Below are positions 17,672 through 27,507 of a stretch of DNA of 61,534 bases, piece after piece. The position numbers were made by a program, and so were the translations under genes. The stretch spans positions 1 through 61,534 of the forward strand of contig BEIK01000004.1 in the NCBI GenBank assembly GCA_002923395.1, read 5' to 3'. The DNA is from a bacterium HR34. Lineage in GTDB: Bacteria > Patescibacteriota > Minisyncoccia > Minisyncoccales > HRBIN34. The first letter of the stretch is position 1, and each line of letters opens with the position of its first letter. Under the pieces are notes generated by a model, which was not told the DNA's origin, did not search any database, and saw nothing but the letters and a program-made list of their open reading frames with translations.

Positions 17672-18949
17672 ATGGAAGGGGAGAATAGTAGGTTTTACGA
17701 ATTACCATCAAAAGAAAGGGTTTCTGCGAAAAATGTAGAGGAGAAAATTAGGAATATAGAAGATGAGAGAGAATTGAGTAGGCTTTATAACGCTATTTCT
17801 TATTTTTTGCGTTATGGAATAGAATCTTTTTCAAGGGCTGTTGATTTATCTATTGTGGGGATTGAAAAACGGAAAGAATTTGAAAATTATAGAAGTTTAG
17901 ATGAATATTGTGCATCTTTTGGGTTAGATGATAAGCAAATTACTCGTTTGAAAAATGATTTAGCAGAAGAAGCAAAATTTATAATACCTCAATTTAAAAA
18001 TTTAGCCTATTTATATTTAAAAGGGGATTTAGAGGATTATTTAAAAAAAATTTTAAGTGTGTTATCACCTTATAAAAGTGAAAATGATGAAAAAATAGAG
18101 AAAAGGAGAATAGATGAGATTATATATTTAATAGAAAATTTTATTGAAGAAACGTTGCAAGATAAAAGTATAGATGAATTTGTAGGAAAGATCGATGATT
18201 TAGAATTTTATAAAAATGAAATCATCTTTTTGATATATACTACTTTTTTACGCATAAAAAGAGGTGAATTTGTATCTACCATCGCCGAAGATATGAGAAA
18301 TAAATTAATACAATTATCTATAGAAATAGTATCTTCAGAAAATCTACCGAATTATTTTTATACAAATAATTATTTTAATCTAAACAAAAAAGAAGTTAAA
18401 AGTTTTAAAAATTTTGTTTTGGAAACTGGAGTTATATCAGAAGATGAATGGGATGTTTTTTTAGAATTTTTTAATACCATATCTTTAGAGTATTGCAAGT
18501 ATATATATGAAAAGATTATATATAAAATTACCAAAAATTTGATTAATAAAGATATAGCATCCGCAATTTATTCATTCGATGAGAGTAAGATAGAAGAGTT
18601 GAAAGATGAGTTTGAAAAAATTTTTAATATTAATTTGAGAATTGAAAAATTTAATAAAAAAATTCCCGACAAGAAAGTAGACAATAGAGATGTTGTTTTA
18701 TTAAAACTAATATTGGAGCGTATTGTTGATGTTCTTATAATAAATTCTGTAAAATCTATAGTGGTGAAATATTTCCCAGAGGCGATAAATAAAGAATATG
18801 AAATTATACAAAATATAGAGGGAATACTTGCATCGCTTGAGCTTCCAAAAGATAAAGAACAAAATAAAAACGCATTTGAATATGGGTTATCTATATTAAA
18901 GGAAATTCAAAAACTTTACTTTGAAAATTATAATGAAGAAAAGTCATAA
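17672..18949 (+). CDS. Hypothetical protein
   Basis: 425-aa helical E/K-rich ORF. Confidence 0.7.
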   Translation: MEGENSRFYELPSKERVSAKNVEEKIRNIEDERELSRLYNAISYFLRYGIESFSRAVDLSIVGIEKRKEFENYRSLDEYCASFGLDDKQITRLKNDLAEEAKFIIPQFKNLAYLYLKGDLEDYLKKILSVLSPYKSENDEKIEKRRIDEIIYLIENFIEETLQDKSIDEFVGKIDDLEFYKNEIIFLIYTTFLRIKRGEFVSTIAEDMRNKLIQLSIEIVSSENLPNYFYTNNYFNLNKKEVKSFKNFVLETGVISEDEWDVFLEFFNTISLEYCKYIYEKIIYKITKNLINKDIASAIYSFDESKIEELKDEFEKIFNINLRIEKFNKKIPDKKVDNRDVVLLKLILERIVDVLIINSVKSIVVKYFPEAINKEYEIIQNIEGILASLELPKDKEQNKNAFEYGLSILKEIQKLYFENYNEEKS

Positions 18950-19866
18950 TATGGATTTTGGGGCTTCATAAAGCAAGCACTAGTTTTTTCAACCTTACTT
19001 AAGCGTGGGCCTTGTTTTATTTTTTCTAAGAGTTGTTCTAATTCTTTAATTTTCCCTTGCGCTACAACTTCAACAGAGCCGTTTTCCAAATTTTTTGCGT
19101 ATCCTTTTATGCCGTAAAAATCAGCCCATTTTTTTGTAAAAGCACGAAATCCAACACCTTGCACTCTTCCATATACATTAACCTTCATTTCTATTATACT
19201 TTCTTTAATATCTTCTATTTTTAAACTTCTTTCGATTGTAAAATTACCAACTGCAGTTCTTGTGAGTTCTTTTAAGTATCCGCCTGTTTTTAGTTTTTTA
19301 CCAATATCTCTCGCTAAACTTCTTATATAAGTTCCAGCAGAACACCAAACTTTTATTTTTAATATCGGAAAGTTATACTCTAAAATTTCTATTTTCTTTA
19401 TTTCAACTATCCTTTCTTTTTCTTTTAGCATTTTTTCAAGTTCTTCTTTGTTCTTTATTTTTCTCGCTAATTCATAAAGACGCTTGCCTTTTATTTTTAG
19501 CGCCGAAAATATTGGAGGGATTTGCCTTATTTTGCCTGTAAAATTATCTTGCAAAATCTCTTCTATTTCTTTTGAATATGGCTGTTTTTCAAAATTAACT
19601 TTTTCTTTTTTGCCTTCAATATCGTCTGTATCTGAAAACTCTCCAAGTTTGATAGTTGCCAGGTATTCTTTATCAGCATTTTTTAATATATTTTCTAAAA
19701 GTTTTGTGTATTGTCTTCCGACGCCAACAATCAGCAGACCATCTGCAAAAGGATCAAGCGTGCCACCATGCCCGACCTTTTCTTTTGGTAACATTCCTTT
19801 GATAAAATCTATTGCTTTTGCGCTTGATATGCCTTTTGGTTTATATAGCAAAATTATTCCCTCCAT
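18928..19866 (-). CDS. truB: tRNA pseudouridine-55 synthase fused to a C-terminal acylphosphatase
   Basis: KVGHGGTLDPFADG, PP.FSALKI.GKRLY, SAGTYIRSLARDIG, then GRVQGVGFR...G.A.N..NGSVE. Confidence 0.92.
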   Translation of the reverse strand: MEGIILLYKPKGISSAKAIDFIKGMLPKEKVGHGGTLDPFADGLLIVGVGRQYTKLLENILKNADKEYLATIKLGEFSDTDDIEGKKEKVNFEKQPYSKEIEEILQDNFTGKIRQIPPIFSALKIKGKRLYELARKIKNKEELEKMLKEKERIVEIKKIEILEYNFPILKIKVWCSAGTYIRSLARDIGKKLKTGGYLKELTRTAVGNFTIERSLKIEDIKESIIEMKVNVYGRVQGVGFRAFTKKWADFYGIKGYAKNLENGSVEVVAQGKIKELEQLLEKIKQGPRLSKVEKTSACFMKPQNPYYDFSSL

Positions 19867-19869
19867 ATT

Positions 19870-20835
19870 TTACTTTTTTATAAGTTTTTTAAAGTTTTCT
19901 ATTAAATCTACTTTTTCAGGATCTTTTTTATTTTTTACAGCCACTTTATAAGACAGCCAATCTGCTTTTATTATTAGTTCAAAGATATTTTTTATTCTGT
20001 TTTGTCCTATTTTTTCTTCTATTACAGGGAAGTTTTTATTTTTTAATATGCTTTTTAGAATTGACATTCTTTTTTGTATTCTTGGATGGTCTTTTTTATC
20101 TTTTATAAACACAAAGGCAAAATTTTCTGAAAGGTGTTTGTCGTATTTATTATAATTAAATCCTTCTATTTCATTGTGATTTAATTCTGGAAAATAGTTG
20201 CAAAAGGCAGGTATTTTGCCAGTTTCATTAAACTTTATTTTCCATACATAAGCCAACGGGAAATTTATTTTTGAAGCGTAGATGATGGGAATTTTATCTT
20301 TAATAATATTAAATTCTTTTCTGGTTTGCTTTTCTATTGAAATTGGATTTAATGATTTTGCAAGTTTTTTTAACTTTTGTTTTATTTTTGTTTGCCTTGT
20401 AAAAGAAAGAATGGCGATCAAAGACAGGCCTATTGCTACTCTTGGTTGCGTATCAACATCTGGCAGTTTTACAAACGGCACTTTGTTTTTTTGCGCGAGC
20501 TCTAGTAGTTTTCCACCCTTTGTAACTACAGCAAAATTAAGTTTTAATTTTTTACAGGTTTCAAACGACGATATTGTTTCTTCTGTATTACCAGAAAACG
20601 AACTTAATATTATCAACTTTTTTTTAAGTTCTGATATTTGCAGTTTTGGTAGTTTATAGTCTCGGTGAATTATTATCTGTGTTTCAGGGTCTATCATTTT
20701 TAAAAGCCATCCCGAAAGAGCCGATCCTCCCATGCCGCATAATATAAATTGATTCGCTTTTCTTAATTTATTTTTATTTTCTATTTCCGGTTCAAACAAA
20801 AATTGTTTTGGAAAATTTAAAAAAGATTGTTTCAT
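19870..20835 (-). CDS. Bifunctional phosphoglucose/phosphomannose isomerase (SIS)
   Basis: GMGGSA, SFSGNTEET, QPR, WK..FNETGK, PELNHN. Confidence 0.9.
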   Translation of the reverse strand: MKQSFLNFPKQFLFEPEIENKNKLRKANQFILCGMGGSALSGWLLKMIDPETQIIIHRDYKLPKLQISELKKKLIILSSFSGNTEETISSFETCKKLKLNFAVVTKGGKLLELAQKNKVPFVKLPDVDTQPRVAIGLSLIAILSFTRQTKIKQKLKKLAKSLNPISIEKQTRKEFNIIKDKIPIIYASKINFPLAYVWKIKFNETGKIPAFCNYFPELNHNEIEGFNYNKYDKHLSENFAFVFIKDKKDHPRIQKRMSILKSILKNKNFPVIEEKIGQNRIKNIFELIIKADWLSYKVAVKNKKDPEKVDLIENFKKLIKK

Positions 20836-20879
20836 AAGTTATAATTATTTATATCTCAATTATAGCACTTGTAAAACTT

Positions 20880-21311
20880 ATGAGAAAAGTTCTGAAACTG
20901 TTTAAAAAATACCTTGGTAAAAATAAATTAATGAGCGTTTGTACGCAAGGTGAAAAAGAGCCGTGGTGCGCTATTGTATTTTTCGCTTTTGATGATAATT
21001 TTAATTTTATTTTCGCTTCAAAAAAAGATACAATTCATGCTAAGAATATAATAAAAAATAAAAATGTTTCTCTTTCTATATACCAAGATTGGGGAAGACC
21101 TTGGAAGTTAAAGGGCGCACAAATAAAAGGCGTTGCAAAAGTATTAAGAGAAGAAAGTAAGGAGTATTTAAAATTTTATAATATCTTCAAAAAAAGATAC
21201 AAATGGATAGAAAAGTTTCCGGATCATAAAATTTTTATTGTAAAGCCAAAAGAAATATGGTGGACAAATCACGCTCTATTTAAAACAATTGAGAGGCAGA
21301 GAATTTTATGA
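20880..21311 (+). CDS. Pyridoxamine 5'-phosphate oxidase-like FMN-binding protein
   Basis: PWCA.VFF, S...T.H..NI..N..VS, G.QI.G.A split-barrel pattern. Confidence 0.8.
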   Translation: MRKVLKLFKKYLGKNKLMSVCTQGEKEPWCAIVFFAFDDNFNFIFASKKDTIHAKNIIKNKNVSLSIYQDWGRPWKLKGAQIKGVAKVLREESKEYLKFYNIFKKRYKWIEKFPDHKIFIVKPKEIWWTNHALFKTIERQRIL

Positions 21312-22175
21312 TCCTATAAGACTGTTCCAATCGTTGGCAAATTTTTCAAGACCTATATCTGTTAGTTCGTGATATATGTTAAATTCCTCCCAATTTTTGT
21401 GTAAATCAAGTTCTTGATATGGAAGAGGAGATAGCTCCTTTTCTTTATGATATTTATAATTTTCGTCTGGCAAAATTAAATTTAGTTGAGCCCATTCTTT
21501 TAATACTTTAAATGGAGATGTTAAAATAGGACATTCAAGATGAATTGAGTATAAAAGATGATCTATATTTCTAATACTAGCTGCTAACACCTTTACTTTA
21601 GAGTCGTTATCTTTATACATTTTTAAGATGTTCTTAATTAAGTCCATCCCGTTTACTCCCCGGTCGTCTAATCTACCTATAAAAGGGGATATAAGAACTT
21701 GCCATTCTTTTTGCACAATGTTATTTAAGGCACAATGTACTGCTGCTGCTTGTTCTTGAGAAAAACAAAGAGTCATATTCACATTTACACCTCTTTTTAC
21801 CAACTCAATTGCCGTTTTTATTCCTTCTTTTGTTGTTGGCAATTTTATGTATGAATTTTTTGCCCAATCTTTCATTTGTATTGCCTGATTTATCATTTCT
21901 TTTGCTGGAGTATTTTTGTCAGCGTAAACTTCTATTGATATTAAACCATCTGGAATTATTTTAGTTATTTGTTCTATTACTGATTTATAAAAATTATAAA
22001 CTTCTTCTTTTTTAAGTTTTTCTCCTTTTTGCAATCTTTTTTGTATTTCAGGGTTTTTTGATATAAGAGTTGGGTTTGTTGTCTGACCATCTAAAAAGCC
22101 AAGCAGATTAAAAACTTCAAATGTTTCCTGTGGATCGGCGCTGTCTAAAAATATTTTTGTTTTTAAGTCTTGCAT
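21306..22175 (-). CDS. tal: Transaldolase
   Basis: FLDSAD, GQTTNPTL, IKLP, NMTL.FS, SPFIGRLDD, LAASIR. Confidence 0.93.
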   Translation of the reverse strand: MQDLKTKIFLDSADPQETFEVFNLLGFLDGQTTNPTLISKNPEIQKRLQKGEKLKKEEVYNFYKSVIEQITKIIPDGLISIEVYADKNTPAKEMINQAIQMKDWAKNSYIKLPTTKEGIKTAIELVKRGVNVNMTLCFSQEQAAAVHCALNNIVQKEWQVLISPFIGRLDDRGVNGMDLIKNILKMYKDNDSKVKVLAASIRNIDHLLYSIHLECPILTSPFKVLKEWAQLNLILPDENYKYHKEKELSPLPYQELDLHKNWEEFNIYHELTDIGLEKFANDWNSLIGS

Positions 22176-22209
22176 AAATTTTGCTTTTGAATTTTATGAA
22201 ACAAATTTT

Positions 22210-22947
22210 TTACTCGATATTTTTAATTTCTTGATCTGTAAAAACTTTTACATCTTTCATTTCATGAATAATTAAGGCAGGATATTTATTTTTGTCGGTT
22301 TCTTTGAACAAAACTTTTTCTAGAATATCTTTTTTGTTTTTTCCGCAAGCAAAAACCAGACTTTTATCAATTTTTTTAAGAAAAGTAAAATTAACCGTTA
22401 TTCTTCCGTCTAAATTAACATGATCTTTTTTTGGTTTATAATTTACAACAAATTTTTTTTCATCATAAAACATTTGCTGAATTACTTTTGGCATATCTGA
22501 TATATTTATTATTCCTGCTGTGTGCCCGTCTTCTCCTATTCCTTGCGTTGCTACTATTTTTCCGTTTGGATGAAGATTTAACCATTTTAAAAGTTCTAAA
22601 TTAAACCTTTCTGATGTTCGTTGTATGGATTCGTTTTGTTTTAGCACTGGATTTATAAAAGTGCAAGAGTTCATTATAGCTTCACTAAAAAAATCAGTTT
22701 TTGTTAATTGGTAATAATTAGATAGATTCCTATCAAAAGTATATCTTTCGTCCAACACTGTAATTGTTATTTTAGGAGATAGATTTTTTGGTTTGAAGTT
22801 TGATATGGCTTCAAGCGCTGACCCTCCAGATAACATTAATAAAACTCCTTCATTTCCTTTTAAAAATTCTTCCAATGTTTTATCTAAAACTTCTTGATAT
22901 TTTTTAATTACAACTTCTTTTTGCGGATGCCAAAGTACTTCAACCAT
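22210..22947 (-). CDS. pgl: 6-phosphogluconolactonase-family protein
   Basis: LSGGS, DER, GIGEDGHTA, RITV, G..K, YPA. Confidence 0.8.
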   Translation of the reverse strand: MVEVLWHPQKEVVIKKYQEVLDKTLEEFLKGNEGVLLMLSGGSALEAISNFKPKNLSPKITITVLDERYTFDRNLSNYYQLTKTDFFSEAIMNSCTFINPVLKQNESIQRTSERFNLELLKWLNLHPNGKIVATQGIGEDGHTAGIINISDMPKVIQQMFYDEKKFVVNYKPKKDHVNLDGRITVNFTFLKKIDKSLVFACGKNKKDILEKVLFKETDKNKYPALIIHEMKDVKVFTDQEIKNIE

Positions 22948-22950
22948 ATT

Positions 22951-24822
22951 TTATTTATTTAATATTTGCCTTACTTTTTCTATTATAGCGTTTTTGTCAA
23001 TTTTTTCATAGCGCAAAAGTTCTTCTGGCATTCCTGACATTGGCGTTTTGCCGACATATAAAGAATAAATTTTGTTATCTTTTTCTGAAACTTCTGATTT
23101 TACTGCCTCTCCCAAACCTCCTTCTTTTCTGTGATCTTCTACTGTGATTATTGGCAGGTTGCCGACTGCTTTTTCAAGTTCTTTTTTATTTATTGGTTTT
23201 ATACAGTATAAATCAATTACTTTGCAGTTTACTCCAATTTGTTTTAATTCCTTGTGCGCTTTTAACGCCTCAAAAACAGTTATACCTGCTGTTATTATAA
23301 CTATGTCGTCATTATTTGAACTTCTTAAAACTTTGAATCCGCCTATTTCAAATTTTTCTTTTTCAGAGTAAATTATTGACGTGTCGCTTCTTGTTGTTCT
23401 TATGTAAGATATGCCTTTGTGTCTTAACATTAATTCTACAAGTTTTTCAGTGCTCGTTGCATCACAAGGGTAAAAAACAACGCTGTTTTCTATTGTTCTA
23501 AACATTGCTATATCTTCCAAACCCATTTGCGATGGACCATCTTGCCCTATTGAAACTCCTCCATGCGATCCGCAGAATTTTAAGTTAACTTTTGAATACT
23601 GCGCCATTCTTATTTGATCGAACGCTCTTGTTAAGAAAGCAGCGAAAGAAGAAATAAAAGGTATTTTGCCTAATTTTGCCAGTCCCACCCCAGCGCCAAC
23701 CATATTTTGCTCTGCTATAAACATTTCAAAAAACCTCTCTGGAAAAACTTTTTTGAAAAGTTCAGAATAAGTTGAGTTTGAAACTTCAGCGTCTAGGACA
23801 ACAACTTTTGAATTTTTAGAGCCAATCTTCAATAGCGCGTTGCCGTATGCTTTTCTTGTTGCAAGATAGAGTTGGCCTTCTTTTTCTTTTGGTTTAATTA
23901 AAAATTCTTCTATTCTCTTATTATTTACTTTTATTTTAATTTCTTTTGACTCTGTTGTTTTCGGCGCTTGTATTTTGCCTTTTATGTTAAAATCAATTTT
24001 TTCAAGCTCTTTTACCGCTTTTTCAAAATCTTCTTGCGAGAGGACTTTGCCATGCCACCCATCTTTTCCTTCTACAAAAGACACGCCCTTTCCCTTAATT
24101 GTTTTTGCTATTATCATCACAGGTTTTTCTTGCTTTTTCTGTAAGTTTATTGCTTTTTTATATGCCTCATAAACTTCTTGTATGTTATGCCCGTCTTTTA
24201 CCAAAATAGTATTCCAGCCAAAAGAAGAAATTCTTTTTTCATACTCTGCCATTTTGTAATCAAGCATTGTCTCTCCACATTGGCCTAAATTGTTAACATC
24301 TATTATTCCTATTAAGTTATTTAATTTATAATAGTTTGCAAGTTCAATTGCTTCCCAATTTGATCCTTCTGCCATTTCGCTGTCTCCCAATAAAACATAA
24401 ACTTTATAAGGAATTTTATCTAAATATTTTCCGTTCAAAGCCATACCAAAACCAATAGATAAACCTTGTCCCAAGGATCCTGTTGCCGCTTCAGCCCACT
24501 TAAACCTAAAAGTTGGATGACCTTCTAAAGGTGAACTGAATTTCCTTAATGTTAAAAGCTGTTTTTCAGATATTGCTCCTGCTACAGCGAAAATAGAGTA
24601 CAAAAGTGGAGAAGCATGACCTTTTGAGAAAATAACTCTATCGTTGTTTGGATTTTGAGGATTTTTAATATCATATTTTAATATGCCGCTAAAATAAAGA
24701 ACCGCCATTAACTCTACTGCCGATAAAGAAGATGTAGGATGTCCAGAACCTGCTTTCGTTGTTGAGATTAAAATATAATATCTAATAAGTTTTGACAATT
24801 TGTTTATTTTTTTGATACTCAT
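22951..24822 (-). CDS. tkt: Transketolase
   Basis: SGHPTS, SKGHA, GSLGQG, GDSE..EG, GQDGPSQ. Confidence 0.96.
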   Translation of the reverse strand: MSIKKINKLSKLIRYYILISTTKAGSGHPTSSLSAVELMAVLYFSGILKYDIKNPQNPNNDRVIFSKGHASPLLYSIFAVAGAISEKQLLTLRKFSSPLEGHPTFRFKWAEAATGSLGQGLSIGFGMALNGKYLDKIPYKVYVLLGDSEMAEGSNWEAIELANYYKLNNLIGIIDVNNLGQCGETMLDYKMAEYEKRISSFGWNTILVKDGHNIQEVYEAYKKAINLQKKQEKPVMIIAKTIKGKGVSFVEGKDGWHGKVLSQEDFEKAVKELEKIDFNIKGKIQAPKTTESKEIKIKVNNKRIEEFLIKPKEKEGQLYLATRKAYGNALLKIGSKNSKVVVLDAEVSNSTYSELFKKVFPERFFEMFIAEQNMVGAGVGLAKLGKIPFISSFAAFLTRAFDQIRMAQYSKVNLKFCGSHGGVSIGQDGPSQMGLEDIAMFRTIENSVVFYPCDATSTEKLVELMLRHKGISYIRTTRSDTSIIYSEKEKFEIGGFKVLRSSNNDDIVIITAGITVFEALKAHKELKQIGVNCKVIDLYCIKPINKKELEKAVGNLPIITVEDHRKEGGLGEAVKSEVSEKDNKIYSLYVGKTPMSGMPEELLRYEKIDKNAIIEKVRQILNK

Positions 24823-24918
24823 AAATTTTTTAACATAAATTTTTACTATTTATTTTAATTATAATAAAAAATAAAAAAATGATATAATAAAAACAGAATT
24901 TAAAATTAAATAAAAACT

Positions 24919-26121
24919 ATGAACTACGAGAGAGGCGTAGATACAATTAATGAAAAGAAAGAATTCTATTTCAAAGAAAGGCATTTTGAGGGGATGGAGT
25001 TTATATTAAATTATTACGATAAATTGAGGCGAGAGCTATCTGAAGCTAATATTAATGTAGATGAAATAGTAGATGAAAATGGAATTATTGTGAGCAAGCC
25101 TTTTAATGAGTTGGAGATACGAGAAGAAGCTCAAGAAAAAGTAAAATCAAACTTACAATCAGCGCAAAAAATACATAATTACAAAGAAATTGTTGAAAAG
25201 AAACCTCAAAGTATAAAAGGCACCTTTCCAATTATGGAAGTTATTGGACTGCATTATTTAATAGAAGAATTAGGAGATAAATTTTATATTTTTAGAACTT
25301 CTTTAGAAGATAAAGTTGTTAACAAATACAAGAAAAAAGTATTAAATTATGCTCCAGGATCAGATTTTATACTTATATCAAAAGACAATCCCCAAATCAT
25401 AATTTCTTTAGATTTAGTATCAGCGGGGGTGATTGGCGATCCAATAAGGATGGTAGACAAAAAACGATATGGAGGATCTCGTTATTTCGAGAGAGTACCT
25501 CTGTTAACGGTAGATAAAGACGGTAAAATAAAGGGAGTGGAACTAAGTTCTAAAAAAATTCCTCATATCGTGGTGGTTGTAAGAACACCATCAACGATAA
25601 TTGAGAGTTATAGATTGCGATCTCCATCAGACCAGAAAAAAAGTAAAGAAATGTTTTTCGAAGAATTGGAAAAAAATTTAGAAACGTATAATTCAGAAGA
25701 GGTAAAAGCAAAGGTAGAAACTTTATTATCTGCAGTAAGAGAAAAAAAAGGGGGAAAAATAGAGGCAAAAACTAGGAAAGATGACATAGAAAACAAGTTT
25801 ACAGAAAAGTTAGTAGACCATCTTAAAGTTCTAACAGAAAAAAAGGTGGGTAATTTTGGATTAAGAATAGAAGGACAAAATCAGTATTTAGAAGACAAAG
25901 AAAATAAAATAAAAATATATTTAATTCCTGCTAAATTTAAAAGACAATTTCCTAACAGATATAATAAAGGGGAGCTTATTTTATACATCTCCGATTCCGA
26001 TATTAACCCAGATTTTATAGAGAAATTAAGGGAGTATTGTAAGCCAGATAATAAATCTAAAAGAAAAGAAATTGCCCAAGAATATTTCAATATTAAGGAA
26101 GAGAAAAAAGAAGAAAAATAA
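24919..26121 (+). CDS. Hypothetical protein, weak PD-(D/E)xK-like motif spacing
   Basis: 400-aa ORF; TSLED..GSDFIL..SLD..KK. Confidence 0.6.
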   Translation: MNYERGVDTINEKKEFYFKERHFEGMEFILNYYDKLRRELSEANINVDEIVDENGIIVSKPFNELEIREEAQEKVKSNLQSAQKIHNYKEIVEKKPQSIKGTFPIMEVIGLHYLIEELGDKFYIFRTSLEDKVVNKYKKKVLNYAPGSDFILISKDNPQIIISLDLVSAGVIGDPIRMVDKKRYGGSRYFERVPLLTVDKDGKIKGVELSSKKIPHIVVVVRTPSTIIESYRLRSPSDQKKSKEMFFEELEKNLETYNSEEVKAKVETLLSAVREKKGGKIEAKTRKDDIENKFTEKLVDHLKVLTEKKVGNFGLRIEGQNQYLEDKENKIKIYLIPAKFKRQFPNRYNKGELILYISDSDINPDFIEKLREYCKPDNKSKRKEIAQEYFNIKEEKKEEK

Positions 26122-26134
26122 GTAAAAAAATAAT

Positions 26135-27175
26135 CTACTTCCCAAAATTCTTCTTCCAAAAATAAGAGTTAGCTATCGCGCGGGTGGCACCACCTGCTTT
26201 CACTATTTCAATTGTTGTCTCTTGCATACCGCCGTCAACTGCTACTTCTTTTTGCGGAAATTTATCTTTTATATCTGTTATTTTGTTTAAACAAGAAAAA
26301 TTAAACTTTTGCCCTGATTTTCCAATTTTAACTCCCATTACAATTATATAATCTGCTTTTTTAATAATTTCATAATTTATTTTTTTGGTTGGCAGATCAA
26401 TTACTATGCCAGTTTTGAATCCTAATTTTTTGCCATCCCTTAAAAATTTCTCTACTTCTTCTACTTCTATATGGCAGGCGCAGAGAGAAAAGTTTTCTTT
26501 TTTAAGATAGGGAAGATAGGCTGTTGGTTTTTCCACCATTAAATGCGCTTCTAATTTTGATTCCATTTTTTGTTTTTTGAAAAAATTGGTTGGAAAATCT
26601 ATCTTGCTTTCTATTAGTTTTCCGTCTCCAAAATCAATGTGGATTATAGGTGTGTTTGCATTTGCTAATTTTAATTTTCTTTCTGCTTCTTTTAGATCGT
26701 TTTCCATTATTGCGGCAGATATTTCAATTTGGTTTTTTTCAAAATTTTCTATTTCTTTTATTCTTCTTTTATGTCTTTTAGCGCCGGAAAACTTGGTTTT
26801 TAAAAATAATTCAACAAGTTTTAATATGTTTTTTTCTTTTATAAAATCAGCGCCAAAAACTCCAATGTTAGCGTTGTTATGTTTCCTTGCGTGTATTGTT
26901 GATTTTTCATCGAAACATTCAACTGCCCTTACTTCTTTTATTTTGTTTGCCATAACAGCCATGCCACCTCCTGATCTACAAAGCAAAATGCCAAAAGAAT
27001 TTTTATTTTTAGCAACTTGCATAGCTGTGTTTATCGCAAAAAAAGGGTAATCATCTTTTTCGTCGTATTCAAAAGCCCCACAATCTTCAACTTCAAACCC
27101 TTTTTCTTTTAGGACTTTTTTTATTTTTTCTTTTGTAAAAAATCCTCCGTGGTCAGAACCTATAAAAATTTTCAT
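26135..27175 (-). CDS. rpiB-rpe: Fused ribose-5-phosphate isomerase B / ribulose-phosphate 3-epimerase
   Basis: GSDHGG, CRSGGG, ARKHNNAN, RHKRRI, then HIDF.DG, EAHLMV, VMGV..G.SGQ, AVDGG. Confidence 0.93.
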   Translation of the reverse strand: MKIFIGSDHGGFFTKEKIKKVLKEKGFEVEDCGAFEYDEKDDYPFFAINTAMQVAKNKNSFGILLCRSGGGMAVMANKIKEVRAVECFDEKSTIHARKHNNANIGVFGADFIKEKNILKLVELFLKTKFSGAKRHKRRIKEIENFEKNQIEISAAIMENDLKEAERKLKLANANTPIIHIDFGDGKLIESKIDFPTNFFKKQKMESKLEAHLMVEKPTAYLPYLKKENFSLCACHIEVEEVEKFLRDGKKLGFKTGIVIDLPTKKINYEIIKKADYIIVMGVKIGKSGQKFNFSCLNKITDIKDKFPQKEVAVDGGMQETTIEIVKAGGATRAIANSYFWKKNFGK

Positions 27176-27507
27176 AGTTTTGTTTTATGTCTTTATAAAA
27201 TCATTTATTTGCATAATTTTTTTTAGCGTTCATAATACCACCATAAAGATTTTTAGAAGAAAAAAAGGTAACTAATTTGCTTAAATATTCCATCTCCTAC
27301 TAAATTTTTAAAGTCGTCGTTGTTCCCGGTAAAGTACCATTTTTCAAGAGTTTTGTATATTTCATTTTTATCAACCTTTAATATTTCCTATAATTTTATT
27401 AAACCCCTCTATTATTATACCATACCCCTTTTATAAATATAATTAAAATTCGCATTTGTTTTTGAATGTTATTTAGAATAGTTGGGGGCAGTGGTTTAGT
27501 TTTGGGT

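Noticed and set aside
27240-27400. Gene remnant on the minus strand (LKVDKNEIYKTLEKWYFTG...)
   Set aside because: About 45 open codons with no start codon or recognisable family; not enough support.
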